From a virus: a DNA stretch of 64,000 nucleotides. The stretch covers positions 1 through 64,000 of IMG/VR virus record IMGVR_UViG_3300027970_000001; one strand, 5' to 3'. The translations under genes were made by a program, and so were the position numbers. Under the pieces are notes generated by a model. The model was not told the origin of the DNA, did not search any database, and was given only the letters and a program-made list of their open reading frames with translations. Below, piece after piece: positions 36,370 to 46,032 of this stretch (position 1 is the first letter of the stretch; each line of letters opens with the position of its first letter).

Positions 36370-37326
36370 ATGTCAGCCGCACCGCCCATCCATCCGAACA
36401 GCGCTCGCCTAGTCAGCCGCATGGGCATTCGTCCAGGCCGGACCACCGGAAGTCCTCGCATGCACGCGGGCATCGACGTTGGCTCGACGACTCCCGGCGC
36501 TCCGGTGATGTCGATGTCCAATGGCGTGGTCGAACGGGTTGGCAACAACGCGAGCGTCAACGACCCCCTACGTGGCTATGGCGATGCGGTCGTCATCAAG
36601 TCCGACGGCGAGGACCGCTGGGTTCTCTACGCGCACATGTCGAACCCGCGCGTTCGCACGGGCGAGCGCGTTCAGGCTGGGCAGGTCATCGGCAACGTGT
36701 CGAACACGACGAACGGCCAGTTCAGCCCACTGCCCGGAGAGTCCCTGGCGCAGTTCAGGGCGCGCAAGACTGCCGAGGGCGTTGCTCCGCGCGTGATGGT
36801 TCCTCACCTTCACATCGAGGTGCGCGGGCCCCGCCGCGACGGCACCTCGCCCTTCCTGCCGCTGCCGACGGCGTATCCGCAGACCGTGGCTCAGGCGGTG
36901 TACAACGTGAACCCGCAGGAGTGGATGGCCAGCAAGGGCATCACCTTCGGCGCCCGCGGTGCCACCGTGATTGCCCCCGGCTCTGCTGCCGCGCGTAACC
37001 AGGGCACCTGGAATCGTGGCGTTGCTGGCCTTGGCATGACCACCGCTCAGGCGAACGCTGCGATGGGCTGGACGCCTGCCAAGCTCAAGGCGTACTGGGA
37101 CGCGAAGGCCAACGCCTGCCAGTACATGGCGGACGAGGGAAACTGCTTGGCTCAGGTGGCGCAGCACGTCCCGGTGACGCTGGGCGGCATGGGCCAGTAC
37201 GAACCGGTTCGGTTCGAGCGCGACATCCGGTTCGGCCTGACTCCTCTTCAGTGGGGCCTTGTCGCCGCGACCGGCGTTGCGGCGCTCGGCTCTGTCGCCC
37301 TTCTCATTCGTCGCCGGAGGCGCTGA
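36370..37326 (+). CDS. M23 peptidase with C-terminal membrane anchor
   Basis: HAGID, YAHM, PHLHIE; C-terminal TM then RRRRR. Confidence 0.88.
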   Translation: MSAAPPIHPNSARLVSRMGIRPGRTTGSPRMHAGIDVGSTTPGAPVMSMSNGVVERVGNNASVNDPLRGYGDAVVIKSDGEDRWVLYAHMSNPRVRTGERVQAGQVIGNVSNTTNGQFSPLPGESLAQFRARKTAEGVAPRVMVPHLHIEVRGPRRDGTSPFLPLPTAYPQTVAQAVYNVNPQEWMASKGITFGARGATVIAPGSAAARNQGTWNRGVAGLGMTTAQANAAMGWTPAKLKAYWDAKANACQYMADEGNCLAQVAQHVPVTLGGMGQYEPVRFERDIRFGLTPLQWGLVAATGVAALGSVALLIRRRRR

Positions 37327-38957
37327 TGTACGCGGTCATTCCGAATCCTCCGAACGACCGGCTGAAGTACATCGCCAAGACGTACGAGAGGCAGCCTTGG
37401 ATCGTGATGGACATGATCGACATCATGTCCAACACGGTGGGCGAAGGGTACTGGTTCGACTTCTTCCGCGGCGGAGACGTGATCTCGGCGCCGCTGAAGA
37501 AGGCGCTCAGCATGCTGACCTGGTCTGACGACCAGAGCGTCGGCAAGCAATCCGTCGAGGGCAGGGCCACGATCTCGGATGTTCGCAAGAACGAGATCAT
37601 GCAGGCGGCCAGGAACACCGAGCTTGCCAAAGAGCTTGTCGAACGAATGTCCGAGTGGGACGATTTCAAGGCGCCAAGCGTCGCCGACAAGGCCTATTCG
37701 TGGATGGCCACGCAGCTCGCCAAGCTGTTCAAGGCTGGCGACTTGGATGCCTACACGGACGCGGTGCAGCAGTTCAAGGCGCGTGGCTCGGCCATCGGCG
37801 CGTGGGTGCAGGAGACCGGGCCCAGCCTGACCCAGATGACCTACGGCCAGGTCATAGACGCTGTCGATGAGTTCCAGCCTTCCACCGATACGCCTCCGAC
37901 TCAGTACGAGGCTGTCTACACGTTCCCCGACAAGTGGACCGTACAGAAGCTCCCTGGCGACTACTGCGAAGAAGAGGCGGATGCGATGCAGCACTGCGGC
38001 ACCGCAGAGCGCCGCGGTTCTGTCCTCTACTCGATCCGAGACCCGAAGGGCTTCCCCCACGTCACAGTCGAGTACCACCCGAAGACCAAGGACGTTGTCC
38101 AGGTCAGGGGCAAGCAGAATCAGCCTGCGATTGCGAAGTACCAGAAGTACGCGGACGAGTTCTTGGCGACGCTGCCGAGGCTGCCGAAGCACGTCGAAGC
38201 GCTTATGAAGGTGATCAGAGAAAGCCCGTACGACGACGGCCAAGAGTACGATGTTGAACTCGCCCTGGAGTGGGCAAACGCTGGCTTCAACGCGTCTGAG
38301 CTTTCCGACTGGCTGGACGCGGGTCTTGAAGTGGGACGATCTGACGTGGCAGAGGTTCTTGCGTCGGAAGACGTCTCCCCGGCAGAGTTTACGACCTTCC
38401 CCTACCCGGTGCTTGAGCTGATCCAATACGACAGCGGCGGGTTCGACACGGACCTGATCGGCATTGCCCGCCTGTATGTCGCGATGGCAGGACGCATGCC
38501 GGTTCGTCGTCAAACTGAGTTTGAGTTTGCTGTCCAAAAGAAGCAGCCCCTCCCGCCTGGGAGGTTCAAAGGCACAGAGGGGCTTGCTCAGATGCTCAAG
38601 GATGACCGCCAGCGTCTTCTTGAGGCGCAGGACTGGGTCGACGCTGGGAGGCGCGCGAAGATCTACGCGGAGCCTGGCGCGATGGCTGGCTGGTGGTCTC
38701 GCGGGTTCACTCTGCGTGAGCTTGAACGGTGGAGCGAGGAAGGCATCACCGACAGCCGGGTCGCCGAGGCTCTCGTCAGTTTCGGGATCGGCGCTCATGA
38801 CCTGGAAGATCTGAACGTGGGCGTCAGATCGATGGGCGGTCCGAAGGCAGACGACGTCCAGGGCATCGTTGCCGCCGTGGAGAAGAAGAGGCTCAGCGCC
38901 AACCGCTCCAGGCGCCGAACGTCAGTCCGCGTTGCTAGGAAGACCTCTCGGCGGTAG
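37326..38957 (+). CDS. PcfJ-like domain protein with Arg-rich tail
   Basis: WTVQKL..EADAMQHC..LYSIRD..PHVTVEY..VQVRGKQN; ends LSANRSRRRTSVRVARKTSRR. Confidence 0.7.
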   Translation: MYAVIPNPPNDRLKYIAKTYERQPWIVMDMIDIMSNTVGEGYWFDFFRGGDVISAPLKKALSMLTWSDDQSVGKQSVEGRATISDVRKNEIMQAARNTELAKELVERMSEWDDFKAPSVADKAYSWMATQLAKLFKAGDLDAYTDAVQQFKARGSAIGAWVQETGPSLTQMTYGQVIDAVDEFQPSTDTPPTQYEAVYTFPDKWTVQKLPGDYCEEEADAMQHCGTAERRGSVLYSIRDPKGFPHVTVEYHPKTKDVVQVRGKQNQPAIAKYQKYADEFLATLPRLPKHVEALMKVIRESPYDDGQEYDVELALEWANAGFNASELSDWLDAGLEVGRSDVAEVLASEDVSPAEFTTFPYPVLELIQYDSGGFDTDLIGIARLYVAMAGRMPVRRQTEFEFAVQKKQPLPPGRFKGTEGLAQMLKDDRQRLLEAQDWVDAGRRAKIYAEPGAMAGWWSRGFTLRELERWSEEGITDSRVAEALVSFGIGAHDLEDLNVGVRSMGGPKADDVQGIVAAVEKKRLSANRSRRRTSVRVARKTSRR

Positions 38958-38967
38958 GGTGGTAACG

Positions 38968-39360
38968 ATGGATCGCAAGAAGCTCTGGGCAGAAGACTTC
39001 GAGGGCAATCGCCTTAGCGGCGAGGACATGGAAGCCGACCTGACCTTCGAGGACATGGACAATGTCAACACGAAGGCAGTCAAGAGCGGCATGATCTTGC
39101 GGACCAACTGCCCGCAGTGCGGCAAGCAGGTCAAGGAGCTGGTGAACTGGGCAGAGATTGCCTGCTGGTTCCTCGGCAAGCCCGTCGCCGGGTGTGCTGC
39201 CCGTCGCGATGGCATGCACGTCGTGCTCGCGTGCCGGTGCGGCAAGCCCTCCGAGATGTTCTTCACCTGGACGGAGATCCGGGGATTTGTCGACCAGGGC
39301 GTCGGCGGCGGGTCCCTCAAGCCTCAGATTTATCAGGCGGCGGGCCTCACGGCCGTCTGA
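38968..39360 (+). CDS. Zinc-finger hypothetical protein
   Basis: CPQC...CRC. Confidence 0.65.
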   Translation: MDRKKLWAEDFEGNRLSGEDMEADLTFEDMDNVNTKAVKSGMILRTNCPQCGKQVKELVNWAEIACWFLGKPVAGCAARRDGMHVVLACRCGKPSEMFFTWTEIRGFVDQGVGGGSLKPQIYQAAGLTAV

Positions 39361-39803
39361 GTCTTCTTGGGCTCGGATTGCCTCGGCTGGGGAGGAAACT
39401 CCCCTCCGAGGCTTTCCAGTCTCTTCTGAGCCGCCTGCCTGAAGCCATCCAGCGCAGCCCTGCATTGGATGATGTGGGCACGCGCGCCCGCGTCCATGCC
39501 GGCCTTGATGCACTCGCAGTCGATCTGGTCGAGCCTGAGCATGAAGCAGAGGAAGAAGGACACGTCGCCGCGCTTGATGGCGACCAGGACCTCCTCCTCG
39601 TCCCTCTCGTAGAACGTCTTGGCGATGCCCTCGCACCAGATGGGCAGCTTCGTCAGGTACCTCTCGTGGAGGTAGACCTTCTCGCGAATCCCACGCCATA
39701 CGCGGCCAAGCGCTCCCTTGGTGGAAGACCCGAGCGTCTTTTTCAAGAGCGCCCTGTCCGCCGCCGACAGCGCGGTCCTAGGGTGGTCCTTGCTGAAGGG
39801 CAT
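39333..39803 (-). CDS. Hypothetical protein
   Basis: 156 aa, directly downstream of the phosphatase gene. Confidence 0.65.
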   Translation of the reverse strand: MPFSKDHPRTALSAADRALLKKTLGSSTKGALGRVWRGIREKVYLHERYLTKLPIWCEGIAKTFYERDEEEVLVAIKRGDVSFFLCFMLRLDQIDCECIKAGMDAGARAHIIQCRAALDGFRQAAQKRLESLGGEFPPQPRQSEPKKTQTAVRPAA

Positions 39804-39804
39804 C

Positions 39805-40278
39805 TTACCTGCGCGCGTTCCGAACGTGCTGCTCGAACATCGGATTGCAGAGCGGCATCATGCCCTCTTCGGGCGCGCGACGGTTGCGGCGGATAAGCTC
39901 AATCGCCTGTCCTCCCGTCATGTTGTACAGGCTCATCAGCGTGAACGCGCTGACAAGGCCCGACCGGTTGACGCCCATCGCGCAGGTGCTCGCGACCGTT
40001 CGTCCCGACCGAATCTGACTGGCCAGCTCTGCGCCGACCGACCGGATGGCCTCCGCGAACTCCTTCGGCAGGGGACGGTACGGGTCATCGTCGAGAGGGA
40101 TTCGGATCACGGCCTTGCCAGGCGGAGGCTTGAGCCTCGGCTGCTTTTCCTCGGCGCACAGCACCAGGGTGTCGATGACCGAAAAAGCCTCGATGGGAGG
40201 GTTTGGAAACCCACCCTGAATGAGCTTCCCCGGCACGACCCAGTCGTAGTTCCAGTCAAGTTGCTTCTTGTATGACAT
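39805..40278 (-). CDS. Dual-specificity/tyrosine protein phosphatase
   Basis: CX5R loop CAMGVNRS; IPLDD acid loop. Confidence 0.85.
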   Translation of the reverse strand: MSYKKQLDWNYDWVVPGKLIQGGFPNPPIEAFSVIDTLVLCAEEKQPRLKPPPGKAVIRIPLDDDPYRPLPKEFAEAIRSVGAELASQIRSGRTVASTCAMGVNRSGLVSAFTLMSLYNMTGGQAIELIRRNRRAPEEGMMPLCNPMFEQHVRNARR

Positions 40279-40366
40279 CGTCGGCGCCACCATAGCACGG
40301 ACGCAGGAAGCGCTTGCGTACATTCGACAGACTCTGCTAGGTTCGGCGCCTCATCCAAGGAGGGGT

Positions 40367-40681
40367 ATGACGATCGTGGACGAACGCGGACACGAGTGGA
40401 GCGGAGGTGTATGCGATCGATGCGGAGGCCGGTCAGACTGGCCCCTTGCCAGGCAGGCTTGCCCGGTACGCCCGACCAAGCGCACATCCGCAAAGCTCTC
40501 TGACGAAGAGGCCCGCGAGCGAGCCAGGCTTCAGCAGCGAGAGCGCAGAGCCCGCATGAACTCCGAATCCCTCCGCGAGATGAACCGTCGGCACAAGCGC
40601 GCCCAGCGGGAGCGGGAGCGTCAGAACCGGATCGATGACGTCGTCTCAGTCCATGGGATCGAGGTTCGGGAGGTCGGCTGA
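40367..40681 (+). CDS. Small Cys/Arg-rich protein
   Basis: SD AAGGAGG; H..CDRC..C then charged helix. Confidence 0.6.
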   Translation: MTIVDERGHEWSGGVCDRCGGRSDWPLARQACPVRPTKRTSAKLSDEEARERARLQQRERRARMNSESLREMNRRHKRAQRERERQNRIDDVVSVHGIEVREVG

Positions 40682-40683
40682 AC

Positions 40684-41289
40684 GTGAAACTGGTGTGGCT
40701 GGACATCGAAACAAGCGGCTTGGACGAGCGCAACGGCCTCATCCTTGAGGTTGCCGTCGCGCTGACCGACGACGCGTCTCTCAGCATCGAGCACGAGCGG
40801 AACTGGGTCGTTCATTGGGACGACATCACCCTCGACTACAAGCTCGGCGGATGGGCTCGGCATCAGCATGGGCAAAGCGGCTTGCTCGATGCGGTGAGGC
40901 TGTCGACGACGGGCATGTGGCCGGTTCGTCAAGAACTCGCAGCCTTCATCGCCCAGCATGTGAAGGAAGGGGACGGTGTCCTGGCGGGCAACAGCGTCGG
41001 TACGTTCGACCGCGTATGGCTCAGGTACCACGCCCCAGAGGTGGTGGAGCGCCTCCACTACCGCGTGTTCGATGTATCCTCACTTCGGATGCAGATGCAG
41101 CTTTGGGCTCCCACGTCACGCGCCGGAGACCTCGCCGCCGAGCGCAGCGAAAGCGGCCATACGCGGCCTCATCGCGCCATGGACGACTTGAGGGAGACGA
41201 TCGAAGAGGCTCGCGTCTACCGCGAGTTCATACGCCAAGCCGCGCTCGCGCCTTCGGTTTTGACGCAAACCACGCGACGCCAACAATGA
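40684..41289 (+). CDS. orn: Oligoribonuclease
   Basis: LVWLDIETSGLD, LAGNSV..FDR..L, LHYRVFDVSS, HRAMDD. Confidence 0.9.
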   Translation: MKLVWLDIETSGLDERNGLILEVAVALTDDASLSIEHERNWVVHWDDITLDYKLGGWARHQHGQSGLLDAVRLSTTGMWPVRQELAAFIAQHVKEGDGVLAGNSVGTFDRVWLRYHAPEVVERLHYRVFDVSSLRMQMQLWAPTSRAGDLAAERSESGHTRPHRAMDDLRETIEEARVYREFIRQAALAPSVLTQTTRRQQ

Positions 41290-41857
41290 GGGCGACGCCG
41301 GCCGCTGACAGGCCGATGACCAGCGGAAGAGGCATCGAACCCTGCGGCCGAGGCGCCCTGTTGGTCAGGACGGACGTCGCGATGGCCTCTCCCCAGGGAC
41401 GCCCGCCTTCGCCAGGAAGGTGAGCCCGGTACGAGTCCCTCGGGATGGTGAGCGGCGTGGTTGGATAGGCGTCGATCCACTTGTCGCCGAATACGGACCG
41501 ATTGGTTTCGCGAATGGAAGCGCCACGGCTCTGTAGCGGCTCTTCTGGGTACCTGGGCGGCCCGCTCATCCAGACCGTCTTGCCGCTGGCGGCGTCCTTC
41601 ATGCGGCGCAGCGCGTCGGGAAGACGCCCGCCCGAGTCGTTGCTGCCGAAGATGAGGATGACGGCGTCCGGCGCGAAGGAGCGCAGGGCCCCCGTGTACT
41701 CCGACCAGAGCGAGTCGGTCGTCGTGTAGTCGATGGCTCCCTTGCCCTGGTGGGCGATGCGCTGAACCTGGTGCCCTGCCGACTCCAGCTTGCGCTGGGC
41801 GTACTGGCCAGGGGTGCCCTGCGACTGACTGTCGCCGACGATGAGGTACTTCGCCAT
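41228..41857 (-). CDS. SGNH/GDSL hydrolase with C-terminal membrane anchor
   Basis: VGDS, FGSND, D..H-like C-terminus; TM then KPKARAR. Confidence 0.75.
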   Translation of the reverse strand: MAKYLIVGDSQSQGTPGQYAQRKLESAGHQVQRIAHQGKGAIDYTTTDSLWSEYTGALRSFAPDAVILIFGSNDSGGRLPDALRRMKDAASGKTVWMSGPPRYPEEPLQSRGASIRETNRSVFGDKWIDAYPTTPLTIPRDSYRAHLPGEGGRPWGEAIATSVLTNRAPRPQGSMPLPLVIGLSAAGVALIVGVAWFASKPKARARLGV

Positions 41858-41859
41858 GC

Positions 41860-42084
41860 TCAGATCATCTTTCCGCTCAGCCGCAGCCCGCGCTCGTGGG
41901 CCCACGCTTCGATCACATTTTGAGCGCACTTGAAGCGCTCCCTTTGAACCGAGCCGTCTGCCATCTCTGCGATGTAGGCCGGCTTCATGACCCCACCATC
42001 GAGCCGGACGCTCTGGATGATGCGGGCCATGACCCGACCGGAGGCGTCCGTGTACCGCACCATCTCACGTGCCGAAGCGCCCAT
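41860..42084 (-). CDS. Small hypothetical protein
   Basis: 74 aa, tightly packed in the reverse operon. Confidence 0.55.
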   Translation of the reverse strand: MGASAREMVRYTDASGRVMARIIQSVRLDGGVMKPAYIAEMADGSVQRERFKCAQNVIEAWAHERGLRLSGKMI

Positions 42085-42087
42085 CTG

Positions 42088-43005
42088 TCACCGTCCTCGC
42101 TTGCTCGTGCGCCGACGCGAGGACTTTCTCCTGCTGGTGCGGCGGTTGGGCGTGATCTTCCAGGTCTTCTCCAGGCTCGCAACCTCGGACCCTTGGCTCA
42201 GCTTCATGCCCATGCTGCGGGGCAGGTCCGTGTAGGCCGACTGAGGGGACTCCTCATCGGCCTTGTACGAATAGTCCACCATCTCAACTCGGACGCCCTC
42301 TTCGGCTGCCTTCTCCAGGAGGAATCCGACAGCGTCCTCGAAGAGCCTGGCCTGCCACGGTTCAACCTTGTCCATCAGGTCGAGCATCTCCTGAGGGTCG
42401 ACGCCGTGCGCTCGAAGCTGCTGCGACATGAACGGGTCGACGGCGTTCTTCCTGACGCCCGTCACGTCCGACTGGACCTCCTCGACGAGCCACACGCCGT
42501 CGCCCTTGTCGCACCATCGGATCCAACCGACGCAGTAAAGCGGGCTCTGCTCCGACGGGTGACCGGAGTTGTCTGAGGCGCGACTGATTGCGTCCAGCAA
42601 GCGCGCCTGGCGATCGTTCAGGTCAAGCTGGTTGTAACGGACGCACAGCTTCAGCACGCGATTGGGCTCGTCGCATAGCTTGCCCTTTGCTGTCAGGGCT
42701 CGGAGGCGCTCCTTCACCCACTCGACGTTCGGCGCGTGGGGGTAGAGCCGAGGGTACTTGCGAAGACCCTCAAGGGCAGAGTCGACGGTGTACTCGTCCT
42801 CGACGACGGTCCATTCGACGGGCGACTGGTACGCCTCGCGCAGCTTGTCGAGAACCTCGTCGCTGAAGTCCCTACCGCCGGTCTGCCCCTTGAGCACCTC
42901 GAAGGCTTCGGGATACATGCGCTTGAAGTCTCGTGCGCCACGGGGTGTCCCGGGCTTACGGAACTTCAACATCGCTGACGTTTTGCGACCTAGTGACCTT
43001 GCCAT
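42088..43005 (-). CDS. Protein with GHP..GWIR..EEVQSD domain and Arg-rich tail
   Basis: Motif recalled from phage large/internal proteins; ends ITPNRRTSRRKSSRRRTSKRGR. Confidence 0.65.
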   Translation of the reverse strand: MARSLGRKTSAMLKFRKPGTPRGARDFKRMYPEAFEVLKGQTGGRDFSDEVLDKLREAYQSPVEWTVVEDEYTVDSALEGLRKYPRLYPHAPNVEWVKERLRALTAKGKLCDEPNRVLKLCVRYNQLDLNDRQARLLDAISRASDNSGHPSEQSPLYCVGWIRWCDKGDGVWLVEEVQSDVTGVRKNAVDPFMSQQLRAHGVDPQEMLDLMDKVEPWQARLFEDAVGFLLEKAAEEGVRVEMVDYSYKADEESPQSAYTDLPRSMGMKLSQGSEVASLEKTWKITPNRRTSRRKSSRRRTSKRGR

Positions 43006-43016
43006 GGTTGCCCCGC

Positions 43017-43463
43017 TTACCGGATGGTGATGTCCTGCCATGTGATCTTGGAGCCGTCCCCGTTTGACCAATGGGTGCTCACCGTCTTTGCGACGGCGTC
43101 GAGATACGCCTTGGTCGGACCGTAGGGGCTCTTGCTCGTCGCGACGTAGGCGATGGCGTCCGCCTTCTCACCGTTCGCCAGCGTCACCTTCATCTTGACG
43201 CGCTTGTAGTTGCCAGACGCGATGCCCTCGAACTTGTCCATCATGGCCAAGTCGTCCTTGGTCACGGGCGCTACAAGGCCGTATGCGACGCCGCCGGGCT
43301 TCTTCACCAGCGTGGCCACGCCACCGCCCCATCGCTGCGAGTAGCCGACGAAGGCGCGGACGTAGCCGTTGACGAAGGCACCGACGGTATCGACGTCGTG
43401 TCCTAGTCGCTCAGCCATCTGTTTGGGATGGTTCGATCCGTAGCTGAAAAGCAGGGTGGTCAT
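43017..43463 (-). CDS. Gamma-glutamylcyclotransferase (GGCT/AIG2-like)
   Basis: LFSYGSN, GGVATLV, MDKFEG, AIAYV, PTKAYL. Confidence 0.85.
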   Translation of the reverse strand: MTTLLFSYGSNHPKQMAERLGHDVDTVGAFVNGYVRAFVGYSQRWGGGVATLVKKPGGVAYGLVAPVTKDDLAMMDKFEGIASGNYKRVKMKVTLANGEKADAIAYVATSKSPYGPTKAYLDAVAKTVSTHWSNGDGSKITWQDITIR

Positions 43464-43469
43464 GGCTGT

Positions 43470-44963
43470 CTACTGGGCGAGCCGCTTGGGACGGACGGGC
43501 TTGCCGCCGCATCCAATGCACTGGATGTCGAGCTTACCGTACTCGATAGGATCTCCAAAGATCAGCTCGGCAATAACGTCGGCGCGACGCTCGACGCCAT
43601 CTGGAAGCTTTTGACCAAACAGCTTTTCCAGGTGCTTCTTGCCGTACCTGAAGTCAACCGCGTGCCCGAACTCGTGGCGCATCAGGCCGCGGATGTAGGC
43701 CACGGGCTGGCCTTCAATCTTCGCTGCGAACGCGATGACGATCGGATCACCGTCCATGCAGTACCCGAACTGCCGCTCGGACCCGGTCCCGTTGTCCGCT
43801 GCGGCCTTCTCGTCGTGATGCAGCTCGCAGGTGCCAAAGTCCCCGAACGCCTGCTCCACCACGTCAAAGCACTCGTCGAAGATCTTGGTCGACTTCGGTA
43901 GCGCCGTGCCCGGGTTGCTGGCCATCTCCACGCTGATGGGCAACGCCCCGCCGCTCTGGCTGCCGTGTCCAAAATCGAACATGACCGCGCGTCCGTCAAG
44001 CGCGACCCCCATGTTGCGAAGGTGAACATCGCGAACCACGAATCCCTTGTCGGAGAGCTTCCTCAGGCCAGCGAAAATGTCAGCCATGTACCGCTCCCCC
44101 ACCTTGCTGTGGCGACCTTCCTTGAGCCGGACCGTGTAAAGGTCGTCAAGCTCCTCGGCTGTCATGGGCTGGGAGCTGTGCTCGATGGCCGTGAAGTCCG
44201 CCTCCTCTCGGAAGTTTCTGCAAATTTGAGCGATGGTCTCCCGAATCAGCTTGTTGTTGAGCTTCTCAGACGGCGGCATGGACGGTTCCGGTATGCTCGG
44301 GTGCTTCTTGTCGAACGGGTCAACAAACTCGGTGACGATTGCGTAGAGCGACCGGATCGAGTCCCCGTGCATGCTGCCCGGGAACTCTTCCCTGACAACT
44401 GTGCCGGGCAGCTTCCAGACCTCAAACACTTCGACAAGACCAGGCGACCTTCCCATCCGGCGAACAGCCTCGGCTGCCAAGCCATCATCCCGGTCGTCGG
44501 TCACCTTGAGGACGCGCCCGTCATCCAGCCGGAACGCATGAGCGTAAGCCCCCGCCCCGATGGTTCGCTTCTCAAGCTCGTCTGCTGTCACGCGCTTGAG
44601 CCCGATGCGCCTGGTGAAGTTGGGCACCTCGCGCAGCCGGTCGACCACATCGTCGAGGAACGGGCGGTTGGGCGTGAGGCCGGCTGCCGCGTACATCTGC
44701 TGAGGTCCGAGCGACACGATCTTGGGGTTTGGAGCGAGCCCCGCCTTCGCGCGCTCCTCCATCTTCATGAGGCGCGCGTAGTAGTCGGGGAACTCGCGCA
44801 GATGGTCCAGGGCAATCCGGCCAGCCTGCATCAGGTCGGACGTGTGCTCCTGCTCGGTCTCAACGCCGAGGCGGAACTCGCCCAAGTCGAACCCCGCCCC
44901 GACCTGTCCGAGAGACGCAAGGATGCGCCTTGCCTGATCAAGTCCAACAGACTGCTTGCCCAT
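43470..44963 (-). CDS. Three-domain protein: DUF5661-like, protein kinase-like and HExxH domain
   Basis: GVETEQEH..ALDHLREFPDYY; IGAGAYA, VLKVT, DVHLRN, FDFG; HEFGH. Confidence 0.75.
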   Translation of the reverse strand: MGKQSVGLDQARRILASLGQVGAGFDLGEFRLGVETEQEHTSDLMQAGRIALDHLREFPDYYARLMKMEERAKAGLAPNPKIVSLGPQQMYAAAGLTPNRPFLDDVVDRLREVPNFTRRIGLKRVTADELEKRTIGAGAYAHAFRLDDGRVLKVTDDRDDGLAAEAVRRMGRSPGLVEVFEVWKLPGTVVREEFPGSMHGDSIRSLYAIVTEFVDPFDKKHPSIPEPSMPPSEKLNNKLIRETIAQICRNFREEADFTAIEHSSQPMTAEELDDLYTVRLKEGRHSKVGERYMADIFAGLRKLSDKGFVVRDVHLRNMGVALDGRAVMFDFGHGSQSGGALPISVEMASNPGTALPKSTKIFDECFDVVEQAFGDFGTCELHHDEKAAADNGTGSERQFGYCMDGDPIVIAFAAKIEGQPVAYIRGLMRHEFGHAVDFRYGKKHLEKLFGQKLPDGVERRADVIAELIFGDPIEYGKLDIQCIGCGGKPVRPKRLAQ

Positions 44964-44982
44964 GTGGCCGCAGCCTAACACG

Positions 44983-45801
44983 TCACGTGCGGGTGATCAG
45001 CTCTCCGCTGTCGAGGAACGTCACGCCGAGCCCCGGGTTCAGGTCGTAGATGCCGCACTGGTTCAGCATGGTGATGCCGATGTCCGACGAAAGCTGAAGG
45101 TCGAGGAAGGCCGCATCAATCCGGGTCTCCAGGTGCAGCTTCATCACCATTTCTCCCCAGTTCTCGGGCTTCCATCCGGCCGACTGGAGCTTCTCCACCG
45201 TGCCGCGGATGTCATCAAGGAAAGACGGGCTGTCGGGCGGAATCTCGTCGTCTGCCACGCTGCCGACCGGCACCAGGCCCGACTGCCCCATGCCAGGAAG
45301 CTCGATGTCGTCATCTTCTGGCTCGACGCGGGGCTGCACGGGCGCCGGCTTTGCGGGTCGGGCCACCGCAGGCTCGTCTGAGCCGGCGGACACGCCCATG
45401 TCGTCCCCGTACGCCACGACGGCTTCCTTGATGGTCTGCGGCCGAAACTCCATCGGCTCCCCGTCCATCCATGCGTGAACGAGCAGGACGTCCGAGACTT
45501 CGTGCGGGAGCTTCTCGATGAAGCTCTCTTCGGCGGCCACCAAGGGCGTGTCCTTGCCCCCGTACACCTCGAACAAGACCCGGTTGGGAGGCAGGGATGC
45601 GATGCCAGCCGCTTCGGCGATCTTGGCCGCCGCGAACCCCTGCCGCTGACCCTCGTGATGAATGAGGGCCTCGATCTTTCCAAGGTTCCTGAATGCGTCA
45701 GCCGCCAGGCCGGGCGGGAGGTGACGAGAGATTCGCAAGAGCATCTCTGCTCGCAGCGCAAGGTAGAGTCGCTCGTCTTGGACGGTTCGGAACCGGATCA
45801 T
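44983..45801 (-). CDS. Hypothetical protein
   Basis: 272 aa in the reverse operon. Confidence 0.65.
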   Translation of the reverse strand: MIRFRTVQDERLYLALRAEMLLRISRHLPPGLAADAFRNLGKIEALIHHEGQRQGFAAAKIAEAAGIASLPPNRVLFEVYGGKDTPLVAAEESFIEKLPHEVSDVLLVHAWMDGEPMEFRPQTIKEAVVAYGDDMGVSAGSDEPAVARPAKPAPVQPRVEPEDDDIELPGMGQSGLVPVGSVADDEIPPDSPSFLDDIRGTVEKLQSAGWKPENWGEMVMKLHLETRIDAAFLDLQLSSDIGITMLNQCGIYDLNPGLGVTFLDSGELITRT

Positions 45802-46032
45802 TCATTCGTCTCCGTGATCAAACTCCTCGCCGAATGGCTCATCGAAATCAGTCGCGTCTTCAGACGAGGCTGTTTCGCGGGCGGCGATTTCCATTAGCTG
45901 AGGCACCAGCCTCGCAAGCCAGGCATCCACCGATCGCTCGGACCCGTCGTCCACGTCCGCCTCTGATGCCGCCTCTTCGAGGTTCTCGTGCAGCCACTCG
46001 AAGAAGCCCTCTTTGTCCATCCTGATCGCCAT
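45802..46032 (-). CDS. Small acidic protein
   Basis: Coupled on both sides. Confidence 0.6.
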   Translation of the reverse strand: MAIRMDKEGFFEWLHENLEEAASEADVDDGSERSVDAWLARLVPQLMEIAARETASSEDATDFDEPFGEEFDHGDE

